From NCBI RefSeq assembly GCF_964204645.1, contig NC_134035.1, forward strand, positions 9,518,451 through 9,582,450: a stretch of DNA of 64,000 nucleotides. Reading direction: 5' to 3'. This DNA comes from Tubulanus polymorphus. Taxonomy: Eukaryota; Animalia; Nemertea. Below are positions 24,101-54,928 of the stretch, piece after piece (positions within the stretch are counted from its first letter, which is position 1; every line of letters starts with the position of its first letter). Under the pieces are notes generated by a model. That model had not been told where the DNA came from. It saw only the letters and a list, made by a program, of their open reading frames with translations, and did not search any database. The position numbers were made by a program, and so were the translations under genes.

Positions 24101-26747
24101 TCGACAACGATCAGAAACAAACGATCTTTGAACCGAAACAAAAATGATGGGTATATAATAGCGGGAATTCATACCTCGCGAACCTCGACGTTCTTCTTCT
24201 GCCCGAAAATGTGCAGCAGACGCGGCTTGTACTGTTCCGGTGTAACGTGTCGGAATCCAGAATCAGCACCGCCTTCCATAATTCTGAAAATTATTCATCA
24301 TAATCGTTGTTAGTAAAAAATAATCATTTCAAAATGCCCTATCTTTGTCGACTATATCTTTAATTTCCAGCATTGCATAATAGATTAAATTGAATTTGAT
24401 TAAAACGGCTTCTAGATGGATAGTGAGCCAAATCCACAGTTGATATGACGCCTCACAACACGTATATTAATCTCTTCTAGGAATCATAACCCAGATTCTG
24501 TACACGGTTTCACAAACAAAATTGACATTTTCGTCAACCTGCTTCGTGAGGCGTCTTTTGTTTCTGAGTCACTAGTAATGCCTATGCACGAGAATGGAGC
24601 AACGGGTTGAAAAACGGGTATTCTAAAATGACAATAGTCAAGCTATCATAGGCTCATATCCAGTCCGACAAAAACCAGGCAGCGGCCAACTAAAATCTTA
24701 ATTGAAGCAGCGAAACGAAAACGAATTATATTTCTTTTGGGTTCGAATCCTTGAAACCGGCAACGTGTCGGTCAGGAATAAGGAACAATATTGGGAACAA
24801 TATGAATATCAATCAGACATGAATTTGTTTCGAATTGCAGTTCTGTACCGCAATTAGTTCATGATATCGCAAAGACTATACAGTGTTGTACTAACTCGAG
24901 CGTTTTGAAGTACGACTTGAACAACTCCGATTCATGACCTTGAACTTCACGGCGTTGGATGGCCTTATCATCCAGGTACGTGTCTAACTCTACAGTTTTG
25001 TAGGCAGCTGTTCCGTATTCATCCTACAAGATAAACCTTCCGCATCTTATCACCGATTATATGCCCACATTTAATAACATTTTCTCGTTATCACCTGTCA
25101 ATTTCTAATGTAAAAATCATCATGCGGTACACAAAAATAAAAACGTAAAGGTAATTCGAATAAATGGATAATCATTAAGCACTTTCAGCATAGCTTCAGT
25201 GATGTTTTCTTTTAAGGATATTTCAAAGAACTTCTTAAGTTTTTGATAGCAAGTCATATAAGATAAAATGAATCAGACAACAGCCCGGGACAACAGAACG
25301 AGCTTCGTTCTTTATAGAAGTTTCTGCTGAAAGGTAAGATGTATTACGAACCTGGCTGCTGTGTTTTCCGATCCAGAAATGAACGTCGTATTCCCAGTCA
25401 TCCTCACCGGGGTTCTTGTATTTCTAGAATGTTAAATCGCCGGAGACGATTATTTCGTGTGTAACAAGCTCAATGCACCGACACTTCGTATAGAAATAGA
25501 CTTACGTTTAGGATGATGTAACTATCGCCGCTGTAGAATTTGCCACGATCTTCCTCGGGCCAAGGTGTCGGTACGAATTTCTGAAAGAAAATCGGAAAGA
25601 TTCGTAATTCATACCGTCACCATTTTCTCAATCAAAACAGTACAAAATTTCCGTAGAAATGGAAAATACTAAAGCTCGTATATTATAGCTTGTTGAGTCT
25701 TGTTTAATCTAAGCGAGTTCTCGTGTATCGAGCCTTTCTAAGTCGATGTATTCACTTACGACTATCTGCCAAATAAACAGTCCAGGTTCGTCTTTAGCAT
25801 TTACAACAGTCCAAGCCTTTTCGGTTTCTGCAGCCGCCTCTGTAGAAAATTGTTTAAGTGAAGTAAAGTTTATTCTGACCTTGAATCAAGTACGAGAATG
25901 CTATAAAAATATGTTCATGCAGCATATACGATAATATACACTTTTCTCATTAGTCTCTACGTTAATTCCGAAACACATACTATTCAGCATTATAAGGGTA
26001 CACTAACTGAGGGTTAATATCTTCTGGGTTTTAGTGCGTGACCAGAAATGGGGTTTAATTAACGCCGCTGTGAGTCATTTTTACCTAATGAATATTTCAG
26101 GTAGATTGACGGGAAAAAAATATCTTCCTAACAAACGAAGGCGAAAGCACTATAAGATAGAATCGTAGGAGGTTGGTAGTAATATACGCTGTCTATACCG
26201 TCTTACAGTGTGGAAAGGTTCGTTCATATAGCGAACTATTATCGTCTGAAGATAAACCCTGTTCGACTTGTTGTTTATAAACCGTGTATGAAGAAATCTC
26301 GAATAACTCTGCATTCATTCGGCTATGCATGTACATTCAAACTCGTTCGAATTAACAGAATTCCGCAATATCAAAAATTGATATGAATTATAAAACGAAT
26401 GTCATTCCCTTAATGCTAAAGCTATAGATATTTTACGCCTACGCTAGATGTGTTTACAATTCTAACATCCGCATTTTTTAAATTAAAAAGCAAATGAGAC
26501 ATGACTGTAACCGTTGTTCATGAGTGTATCTATGCGTCGAGATATTTCAGTGATTTTTTAATAACTTACTTTTGATTTCTCGTTCCAGTGGTGTTCCAAA
26601 CAAGGCAAGATTGGAATCTTTCCAGTCGTATTTCTTCGCTTTCACTAATCCTGTATTGACGATACAAAAACGACATATATAAATTACAAAAACTCAGAAA
26701 ATGTGATGTATTGAAATAATAGGGACAGATTCGTTATTACCTGACAT
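20676..26747 (-). CDS. Gelsolin-like (three-domain) protein, copy B, ~369 aa, 13 coding exons
   Basis: Exons 26747-26741, 26650-26570, 25839-25760, 25580-25506, 25423-25352, 25023-24896, 24283-24175, 24089-23979, 23623-23534, 23361-23273, 21472-21394, 21315-21220, 20768-20676; same intron positions and phases as copy [67 protein letters not shown]. Confidence 0.95.
20997..21183. repeat. (TTA)n microsatellite
   Basis: Direct reading; lies in the last intron of gelsolin B. Confidence 0.95.
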
Positions 26748-27284
26748 GATTGCGTGATTCGGATCAAGTTGTGATAACCTGAAAATTAATTGATTCCACG
26801 AGTAAAACAAACTATATCCTATAATTATCGTAAGACTCCTCGCCACTTTAAACAGCGTTTTGTGAATTGGTAAAGAATGCAGATTGAAAACCGAGATTTC
26901 GGTAAGCGCGATGTAAACTTCTTCTTCGGCACCTTTTATCTAAGACGCTACTAAACCATACTAATCTTCTACGCGTTAAATAACAGAAACAATTAGACAG
27001 AATTTATTACTATTAAGTAAACACGTTCTACCTTTGATCATTATGCCGATGTTTACAGACAGTGTTTATTATAGATTTAGGTATACTTTTTAAAGGTATT
27101 GCTACGCGTTGTAGGCCAGATCCGTCCGTAAAAATATCCAAGCTAAGAGGTATCCATTACCAAACTTCATTGTGAAAATAGAAGAACCGATACATGCGTG
27201 CACCTAACTGTTTGGTGAGTATTCGAAATCCCGGCTACACAATAATTCAAGCATTTTGGCGTGGACGAAACCAAATTCCAACCA

Positions 27285-27436
27285 GGGGCCAGTCGCACAG
27301 TCATAGATTAGATTTAATCTAAGACCAACAGTTCTATTAAAGTCAATCTTACAAACAACTTAAGACCGGATTTAAGACCACTTAGGATTTAAGACCACTT
27401 TTGGATTTAAGTCACGACTGTGCAACTGTGGGCCTA
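27285..27436. mobile_element. Harbinger-like MITE family (related copies ~14575-14682, ~30420-30488, ~41860-42067, ~60588-60982)
   Basis: ggggccagtcgcacagtc ... gactgtgcaactgtgggcc termini with internal ttaagacc repeats. Confidence 0.65.
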
Positions 27437-28501
27437 GTTGTTTAAATCTTAGCGGGAATCTCGCAATTGGGTGAAACTATAATGCAGCTGTATCTTTTTA
27501 GATAGTAAAAGAGATAGTATTTTCCGCCGCGGTGTAACAAGCTATTACTTATGTATAGTGTTTATTGCACATACAAATCGAAATAAAAATCCCCGATGGC
27601 AATTGACGGTTAGATAGAAAACCATCAGCAGTGAATACACCTACAACACTCAGTTCATGCGCGCATTCCTCTTCGATGATTGATTCAAATGAGTTATTTA
27701 CAGCGCGTTCTTATTTACCACCGAACAACGAGCATCGCTTTCGATTTGTATTCAGTTAATCGTCCATTAGCTACGTACAATAATCTAAAATAGTAGAACA
27801 TTGACTTTTTACATACCTAAAACAATAAGCAGCGCGGTGCGTCGACTGATTGAAGGCTTCTGGCTACTACTGCAGACGAACAATGACGCTCAAGCACACC
27901 AACACAATCGCTAGCGGAAGTGATGGTTTTCACCACGCCTAACGGTGTATTCTGGGTAGAATTGATCTACATCCCTGCAGGATAAGTATTTATAGTATGA
28001 TGATGCGTTCACGCAGCGAGAACGCTTCGTTTATTCTCTGGGCGTCGACATTTCATCTTGTGTTTGTCGAGCAATCTGGGGTTATCCATCATAAATATTA
28101 TAAAATTCCTAACATTCCATTTAACTTCATTTCTTATAATCTCATTATTTATAATGGTATAGTGTAATATTTAGTGGTAATGAGTTGTTACTATTATTAA
28201 TCGTATCGGGATAATTGATCCCACAGTTGGATCAATCGGCAGAGTCTAAATAAACAAAATGAGGTTTTGCTTTTTCCCAAGTTACTGCGCCGTATTGGTG
28301 GTCAATAGGAGATTCACATGATCGACCCTCGAAGTTTGTAAATGCCCTGATTAGTTTTGTGTAAGTCCCCGACACTGGAAAGCAAGCAAACTATGACGTC
28401 ACAAGAAAGACCCCTATAGTCGTTTCTTCGACAGTAACGTCAACCATGTTGGTGACGTCGCAGTAATGGAAGTGACGAGTTTCAACTATCGTGGCCCAAT
28501 A

Positions 28502-28682
28502 CAGTGGAACTTCGTTACGACAAACTTCAGGGGACTAGAAAATATGCCCCGTTATTACCGATAGTTCGGTATATCCAGTGCGAAATTAATGAAACTTTCC
28601 TATTTGGGACTAAAATCTAGCTTAATAACCGACAAATCGATAGAGTGTATATTATAAAGGTCGTTATAACGAGGCTCCAATG
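28502..28682. mobile_element. Tc1/mariner-like MITE (related copy ~20035-20210)
   Basis: TA|cagtggaacttcgttacgac ... gtcgttataacgaggctccaatg|TA. Confidence 0.75.
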
Positions 28683-30079
28683 TAGAACGATCTGCTCAGA
28701 CATTGGAGGTCCAGAGATCCCATCCCCGTAAGCGCGACCGCCCCAAAGCCAGAAGTCTTAGGTCGACCCCGCACTCACGACACACATATTAATACAATTT
28801 GATTAGATTCGATTTCTATTTTATTTTCAGGTATTTAATGAAGTTGTTTATTTGCGGCATTTTGCATAAATCTGTTGGACGTTTCGTTAGAATGTTCGTA
28901 TCTATAACAGTAACGCAGATAGAGACGACAGTCAAACAATCGACTATTCACTTCGTATATAAGTATTGTAATATCTATTAGTCGTCGGAACCAAACTGCC
29001 TATTTGAATTGACTTTAGATTTCCTAAGGGAAATTAATCGATATATTCGGCGACGCGAACGCCTCAATCTTGGCTCCAACATATTCAAAACTGAAAAAGA
29101 GCCCTGTCGTTTGACGAAACGTTGAAGGATCTGAAATGAAACGAATCGAACGAGAAGCCATTTTGAAAAGAAATCCGGATATCGGTGTCAACCACTTTCC
29201 ACACGAACCGAACGAAATCCGACGAAAAACCTTAAAAAACGCTCTGATTTTGGTGGGTATACTTTATTGTATATTTTCTCTTGTCGGTTGATATATATAT
29301 ATTTAACCAGTAAAAAATATGTAACAATTATAAACTCGCTTTCCCTATATATACACCGTACATACTTATTAGATCTGCGAATAATGTTTAAAATATCAGA
29401 TAAATTCTATCCATCCTGTTTTGATTATATACAATTAGGAGACCTTATAGAATTGAGATATTTCAGGAGTTAAAACGGTTTGAGATATTTTTATCATAAT
29501 CGTTTATAAATATCGTTAAAATTGGGAATTCGAAAGAAGCTTTTTTTCATTCAATCCGTGAATATAAACTTCTATTTATAAATTCACACGAAAATAGAAA
29601 TTGCAATATAGATAATTCATTTCGACCTTCTTTGAATTTTCTTGAATCATTAACAAGGCCAGTTTTATAGACCAATTTTAACTTGAACTCGGGGGTTCAG
29701 TCAGGCCCGCATGGGTTAGAGTCTTCGTTTTAGAGTGTATGATATAATCCGAAACTCACACGTCCTGTCGTATTGGCCGTCAAATGCGATATAGCTTGCC
29801 CTTAAGCGGCCAATATGACGCACGCGAAACCTCTGTATACAATTAATTATAATAATATATTATTATGCTAGTTGGAGAATTCCAAATATATCTCGAACCT
29901 ATAAAAAGACCTGTTTTAACTTTAGTACTTTGCTCAGCATCATTTTCCAACGACCGACTTCCCCTATCCCCTAGGACGATATATATGTATTGCAAAGAAC
30001 AGATCAGGAGATATCAGCAATCTGTCCATTATTGTCTATACATGACGACCAATGTCTATATGTCTAATATATGTGTATG

Positions 30080-30217
<138 letters not shown>

Positions 30218-30902
30218 TATAAAATGCAACTATTCATAACAAAATGTTTTTCCTTCGTTGTCATAAACATATATAACTTAAGGTTTATATATAATATGAT
30301 AATTTCTAAATATGATTCTATAACATTGCATATAATTTCTACAGCAGTAGGTATAAAATGGTCGCTCGATTTGTTTAAATTCGTAAACATAAAAGACGAA
30401 TACCGTTAAAAAAACACAGTTAGTTCCACAGGCGTGAGTTACAACTTTAATTCTAAGATTTAACTCACAACCTGTGGAACCGGTGTCCTTCAGTTCATCA
30501 AATAAGACGTTACTTTTTACTGCAATAATCAATCGTAAATTGTTGTACCTGTTGTATCTCGTGCACAGGACCCAATTTCACGAATTAAAATCAAAACTTT
30601 ACTAAAATAATTTTTTTAATTGCGGAAAATAAACTTTCGTAAATCAAGCCACTTTCACACAGCGTCAGGTTTTAGATTGAAATCCACTCGATAGCAAAAC
30701 TAAGATTCACATCTGAAAAACATGATCTGAACTCTGCTTAACAAAGGCTTACCAATATATAGTATAAGGGTTGATTCCGAGTCTAAAACAATGGAAAGAA
30801 TTTTTCCAGCTCGTAAACAAGAAAACAGCCTTGTCATCAAGTTAGCCGTTAATCATTCCTATCACGCATGAACGAAAGTGGTACGAAAATCACAGAAGAT
30901 AC

Positions 30903-31152
30903 CACCGTCGCTTGCCAGGGTTTGATTGTCGCCCGCTGAAGCCAACACATCTAGCCAATCAGATGCGTTTTTACCGGCACGACGTTTCGCTCAATAAATA
31001 CCACGTATCTGATTGGCTAGATATATAGACTGGTGGGCGCTGAGCGGGAACCTGTCCGCCCAAGAAATCTGGGGCAGTGTACTAGACCAAAGCAGGGTTT
31101 GCGGCCAGCGTGTGTTGGCGTGAGGGCAATCAAACCCTGGCAAGCGAGGATG
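30903..31152. mobile_element. CATCCTC-family MITE
   Basis: TIRs caccgtcgcttgccagggtttgattg / caatcaaaccctggcaagcgaggatg; 9-bp TSD agaagatac (30894-30902, 31153-31161). Confidence 0.9.
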
Positions 31153-31405
31153 AGAAGATACTTGAGAACCCACCCATTCCCGTCCCCGAAACGTCCCTTG
31201 CCTCATCAACAGTTTGTTCGTGCTATAATCCTTTTAAGACCTTCTTATCAACGGATGTTCTTGAGTAAATAACTAGAGTTTCGCTTACTCGTGCGTGAGA
31301 TACATGGCGGTATAATGCTGGTATATATACGCGATGTCTGGCTTACTATTGCCCGATAAATCCAATTTTATTTACTGACGATATCAGATCATTAGATCTC
31401 TCAGC

Positions 31406-48913
<17,508 letters not shown>

Positions 48914-50977
48914 ATTCACCGTATATGATTTATTCTATGCGACCGTCTTGTATTCCATCGGCATTTGCGATACGGTATAAGCTAATTATTATTTCCACGC
49001 TAACGGACTGAGCTTGTCGACGAAAATATCTCATATATAAATGGGACTAGGCTAAACAAAAGGAGGCCAGGAATTCATCTTGAGTACTCCTGACGAATAC
49101 GCGTCGAAATTCGCTACTTGAGCACTTTAAGTCTCTTCCAGTAGTTATCGTCGGCCTTAGAATACATAATCTATAAATCAAAACCACCAACCAGCTACGC
49201 GCTTCCACTAAATCCAATAGGTTCGAACTTGTACCGAGGCGTGATTATATTGCGTAATGTTTTACGCGAAATCTAATTTCGTGTGCGAGACGATTTCGCT
49301 GTCATTTTGTTACGCGCCTGTGTCTGCTATATTCGCATTCGCCGAGCAGTGCCGTCTCTCTCTTCTCATTCGATATACATCCAAGTCGACACCAATTACC
49401 GCAACATTTCTAAATAATTCTTTATATCACATTCTCCCGCGTGTCGGGATCGATGATCTACGACTGAGTCGCGTTTATGGAACACGCGGCTTTTGATACG
49501 CGACCTCAGCCGTAAGAGCATCGCATTCGCAACTGAGGAAATAAACGTGTTGATGATCGTCGAATTGCCCAACGATGTCGGAGCCGCCCGTGTCGAAGAT
49601 GGACCGCTTATATCGGAGATTAACGATTATAACGTCCGTGTATATAAATATATACAACGAGAATCATATAGATGGATAGATACGTGAGGAGTTGGTGAGT
49701 GCGGATCTGCGCTAACTTCGATCCCGGCAGTGTTCTTACGCCTCATTCTAACTCGACTCAATAAACAGATTAAGCGAACGCGCTTATCAGATTTATACTT
49801 ATATATATCTAATGCGCTCCTCGCTATCCACAGGAGAACAATACGGTTTCGGGGTGTATATGAAACGCATGAAACAACACCATCTTAGCTATATATTATA
49901 TGAGCTTATAGCATGTCATCCTTATGTCACTGCTCTGCGTGTATACCGTATTCCTCTGGCTCGGAAAATGGAATTTGGCATCGCGAGCGGTCGTTTCCAT
50001 TTCTGCCCGTCGTATATGAATCTTTTCACACTATCTTCGGGTAAACCGAAAACGAACTATTCCGCCGCCCAGAACATGCGAAAATCGCGGAAAACTTAAG
50101 TCTTTCTCTAGCATATGCAAAATTGCACTTGCTGCGTCGCAAGCCGTTTGTTTTACCACCTATTCTTATTTCTATCTAACACAATTCACCAGAAATTGCG
50201 AAATTAGAAATTGTCACAGCGATGAATACGTCCATTATTGTTTGCGTGTATATAGTATCCAGATGACTCGGGGAAAACGAATAAAACCTGCCGACAAGAA
50301 AGAGAAAACTGAGAAACCACGCCATCGACTAATGATTGATGATCGTAAAAGCTTTTCTTCCGTTATAAGAAGCTATTCTGTTTTATGATCTATTGTTGTG
50401 TATACGCGCGCGCGGTCGCCGCCATCAGCCACCACTCTAGATCGCGCCGTGCTCCCCCCTATATACCGTACCGAACAAGAGACGCAAACCTAATTTTCTC
50501 TCGCTGCGCGATACACGAAGCGTCTTCGTTCTGAGACGAGATGTGCACGCGGAGATAGATAGATAGATAGATAGATAGATGGAACTGACGCGATATCGTC
50601 GTCGGTTATACCTGCAGCTTTAACGAACCGCTCCGAACGCCGCCCGATATTCTTCGAGCAATCCACGCGATACGGAACGGATTTCCGAGTAAAATATACA
50701 CGCAACAACCCGAGATTGACGGTCTTCCGCCGAACCTCGTCGATTTTGTCGAGCGGCAACTTCCAGCGTGGTTTCTTAGATCCCGCTCGGCTACGTACGC
50801 GAATAGACTCGTGATTTCGATAACTTTAAGTTATCCCGCCTCCGCGATCTTTTTCAAGTCCATCAAATCCGTAATGCAACTTTATAAAAAAAAACAGGTA
50901 TTCAGCTGTCGCGTTTAGATACGTATGAACCGATCAAAAGTTGAGCGCGTATAAACTGGTATAAACAGGTTTCATTC

Positions 50978-51082
<105 letters not shown>

Positions 51083-52391
51083 TATCGATGATGATGAACC
51101 AGAGAGTCAGATATATACGAATGTTGAATGTCTGTACTTTTGATGTTTGATGCGCGGTGCTACGCGTTTATACGATGATTAGGCGTAATCGAAATCCAAT
51201 TTCTCGAATTCGTTTACGTTTATAACTGCGGCTGATGCGCCTTTTCTGCCTTACGCGTACATCGGGGTGAAAGCCGTTGATAAAACGCTACGTATATAAA
51301 GTTGTTTGCATTATTGTTTTCGTTATTATTGTCGGATTCTCTCTCTATATATATATATACATATTTGAAAATTGAACAACTATTCTAACAATACGTTTGA
51401 TATTATGTGTATTCATTTGGGATATGTTTTTATCATTCTCTAGAATTTCCACTGTGCCTGGAAACGATTACGCTTTCGATGAAAGATAACGAATGCTTAT
51501 GGTTTTATTCGAACGGGTTATGTTCTTATTCAAAACGAAATGCCGTAGAATCGTCCACCTGACGACGACTGATTGAGTATGACAGAGACGTGCGTGCTGG
51601 TGTTTCAAGTGCGCACATGTCGATTCACTCCATTCCGCACGAGATTACTATAATGCCATCGATTTCAGACCGTTTGATAAAATTCACTTTATCTAGATTT
51701 GCAATGGCTTCGGCTTTCGTTAGCTGATTTGTCTGATGTTGAGTGCGAATAGTTGGAATTGGTTAGGGAGACTCTTACGAACTGGTTCCATTCTCATCAC
51801 TACCTCTTAACTCCGATATTGCTATAGTACAAATTAATAGATCTCTGTCTACCCCTAAAAACAGCTTTTGTAAACTCGACCGCCGATCACACAACCTATA
51901 TCTCTACTTCGATTTCCGATTTCAAAATCAAACTCCCTGTTTCGCTCCCGGCAGGTGTGGTGGGTCTGTAAGGGACACCCAATCAAAAAATCAAACGAAG
52001 TTTACCAACCAAATAAATAACAGGGACAATCCCTATTTTAAGATTTCATTAAAAAACAGCGGACATTTTCGGTGACCAAGATCTCACGAACATGCCAAAT
52101 AAACTATTTATTACATTTACGCGACTATTTATTATTTATTACTAGTTTGGGTTTCTTTTACACGGAGTGAATATTGACGTCACTGCGTGGAATGTGGTTT
52201 GTTCGTCGAATATCGTTTAAAGGCGGTGTTTAGATATTAACGGCGTCTGTCACTGGAGAACATGGCCGTTACTTTGTTTCCCCGATACAATCATGTTTTC
52301 TTTGTGCATATTCGTATCAACAAAATTCAACGCAAATTCATCAGATGATGCCCTTTTTGTAAGATCAAGCGTTTGCATTGATGTCTATTCT

Positions 52392-52673
52392 ACGCAGCCT
52401 CGGAGGTGACGTAGTCAAAAATGAATTTTTTTTTCGTGGGAACGAAAATATCTTTTCGAAATGTTTTTCGTGGGAACGAAATGTTTTCGAACGAAATTTG
52501 TTTCCATCGCAGTTTTCGTTCGAACGAAAAAATTTTCATTTCGTTTGCACGAAAATATAATTTCAGGGGAAAGAAGAAATTATTCCGTTCGAACGAAAAG
52601 ATCTTTTCCTTCCCGCAAGAAACATTTTGCTCCCACGATAGAAAAATTCACCCGTCGCTTCCGGGGCTCTGTA
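52392..52673. mobile_element. Element with internal gaacgaaa/tttcgttc repeats
   Basis: acgcagcctcggagg ... cttccggggctctgta imperfect TIRs; repeated cgaacgaaa motifs. Confidence 0.55.
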
Positions 52674-54890
52674 CCATTCGTTTACGCAGTGGTAATTTAC
52701 CAGGACAATCTATAGAATTGTAGCTACTTTCTAGTGAATCAGTAAAACATACAGACAGATACTTGTAAGTCATAGTAGCTTCACCGGGAAAATAAAGCTA
52801 ATATGCACCATATGAAGCCACTATGCGCTAGTAGCGAAGCTCGTAAGTACTATCTGTCTTTTACTGATTCGACGCCAGGTGAAGATTGTTTTGTCTTTGA
52901 TAAGAATTCGACCGCCGATCACAGATCTGTATTTCGATTTCTGATTTCAAAATCAAACCCCCTGTTTCGCTTCCGGCAGGCGTGGTGAGTTTATAAGGGA
53001 CACAAAAAACTAAATGAAAACAAAAATCAAGCGAAAGCTATCCATGAAATAGATAAGAAGGACGCTTCCTACTGGTATAGACGTATGTGGTTTGAGGTGA
53101 GGTCAAAATAATTTTCTCGCTGTCCAGAATGTAGGTAAGCAAAGTAAATACAGCGACGCCAATTAAACAAGGTCATCGGCAGGTTTCCACGAACTACGTT
53201 GTCGCAGAGCTGATTCCAGTAGTTCCGACGAAGTGGGAGATAAAGCATCACACTTCATGGCCACCATAAGCATCCCTGTCAACGGCACGAATTGACTCGC
53301 GTAAATTGAGACTTCAATATACAGAGCCGGTTACATTTTGAGTTACCGCTTTGTGACAACAATATCACCAGCGAAGAGCCGGACTTGTTCGGTTACATTG
53401 TTTACCGACACGAGTTCCTGCAGCGAGTCCCGTATACGCAAACAGTCAACAATAATCGATAAATCTTAATTATTCAACGAATTACACGGGATTATACCCC
53501 GCGCTACTCCGAAATTACCGACGTCGAGGCCGGCAACCTCCGCGCGAACTGCCGAATAAAGCAAAACAGTTCGATATAATTCAATTATATATATTTGAAG
53601 TGGCGCGGACGTAATGAGAGGAACCATGACGACGACGACGACGGCATTGAAATGACGAGAGAGACGAATTCGAATTTCGAATAGCCGCTAATAAATTAAA
53701 CAGCGAAATCGAACGATAAAGAGCCTATGATTTCAATGACTTTTCATTCAAAACGGCACGAACCGGCTTTATGGGTGCAGGGGCGATTCCGGGTATTAGG
53801 CCTGAGCGGAACACAGATTAACGGGTTCCAATTTTGACTGCCTCACCAAAACAAAAAAGGGCCTTTTTAAAAAAGAGGCAGATTATAGGAATCAACCCCA
53901 ATGCTCGGTAAAAGTCATTTTCAGCCATTTCTTTTGTTTTACCTACACAATGCTTTATTGAATATTCGAAACAAATTCCGAGCTTACAGAAACACTTAGT
54001 TTGAGGCACACCCTCAGGAAACCCGCACTTGCTCCTCGGGCTTGCACATAACCATAACCAAAACACTAACATGAACATCAGCACCGGATATCACGGACGT
54101 TACCGTCCAATTAAAACCCCATCACTAACTGTGGCAGTTTAACAGAACTCAAAAGAGGGTTTTGCATCGGAACGGGGCATAACAATATTTTCGCCGCGAC
54201 AACCAGACCGTCAACTAGCGCCCTCTTTGCCAGCGGGCGCTGCAACCTGTAACCGTGTCTCGGATTGGTTACACTTCTGCCAATCACAGACAACTTCCGG
54301 GCCATTCTTTCTGTTACAGGTTCCACAACAAAAGGTCTGCTTTGAGAATTTATTTTCTATTATCCGTCGTAATCCGCACGATGCGTAATCAATACGCGTT
54401 CAGAATTTATACGTATATTTATACAGCTATACGTATTTTTATATAGGCCTATTCGACAATGTCCCATAAAACCTCGCCCGTAGTAATTTTGGACGATAGC
54501 TAGCTATATACGCCGGCTGAAGCCGCTACCAACATGAAACAATTACGGTCCCATTCCCGACTGAAACCATCTTACACGGAACGTGCTCCGTAATGAGGAA
54601 ACAGAAAGCCATCATGCGCAGATCGCGATGACGACGATGGTAAAATATTATTTATTAATCGCCATTAATTTGCGCCCGATGATCGTTTAAACCCCCGGAG
54701 TGTGTTTATCAACACGTCATGAAACACACAGCGATCTGTTAGCAACGCATCGCGCGTCGCCATCGTCAACGCGAAAACGCTGGCGCACGAAACAAAGCGT
54801 AGTACGTGATATCTGCCTATGTATGACACAACATAATTCTTAAATTTAATGAGTTTTCCGCATATTAGATTTATAGGCAACTGCTTTCAC

Positions 54891-54928
<38 letters not shown>

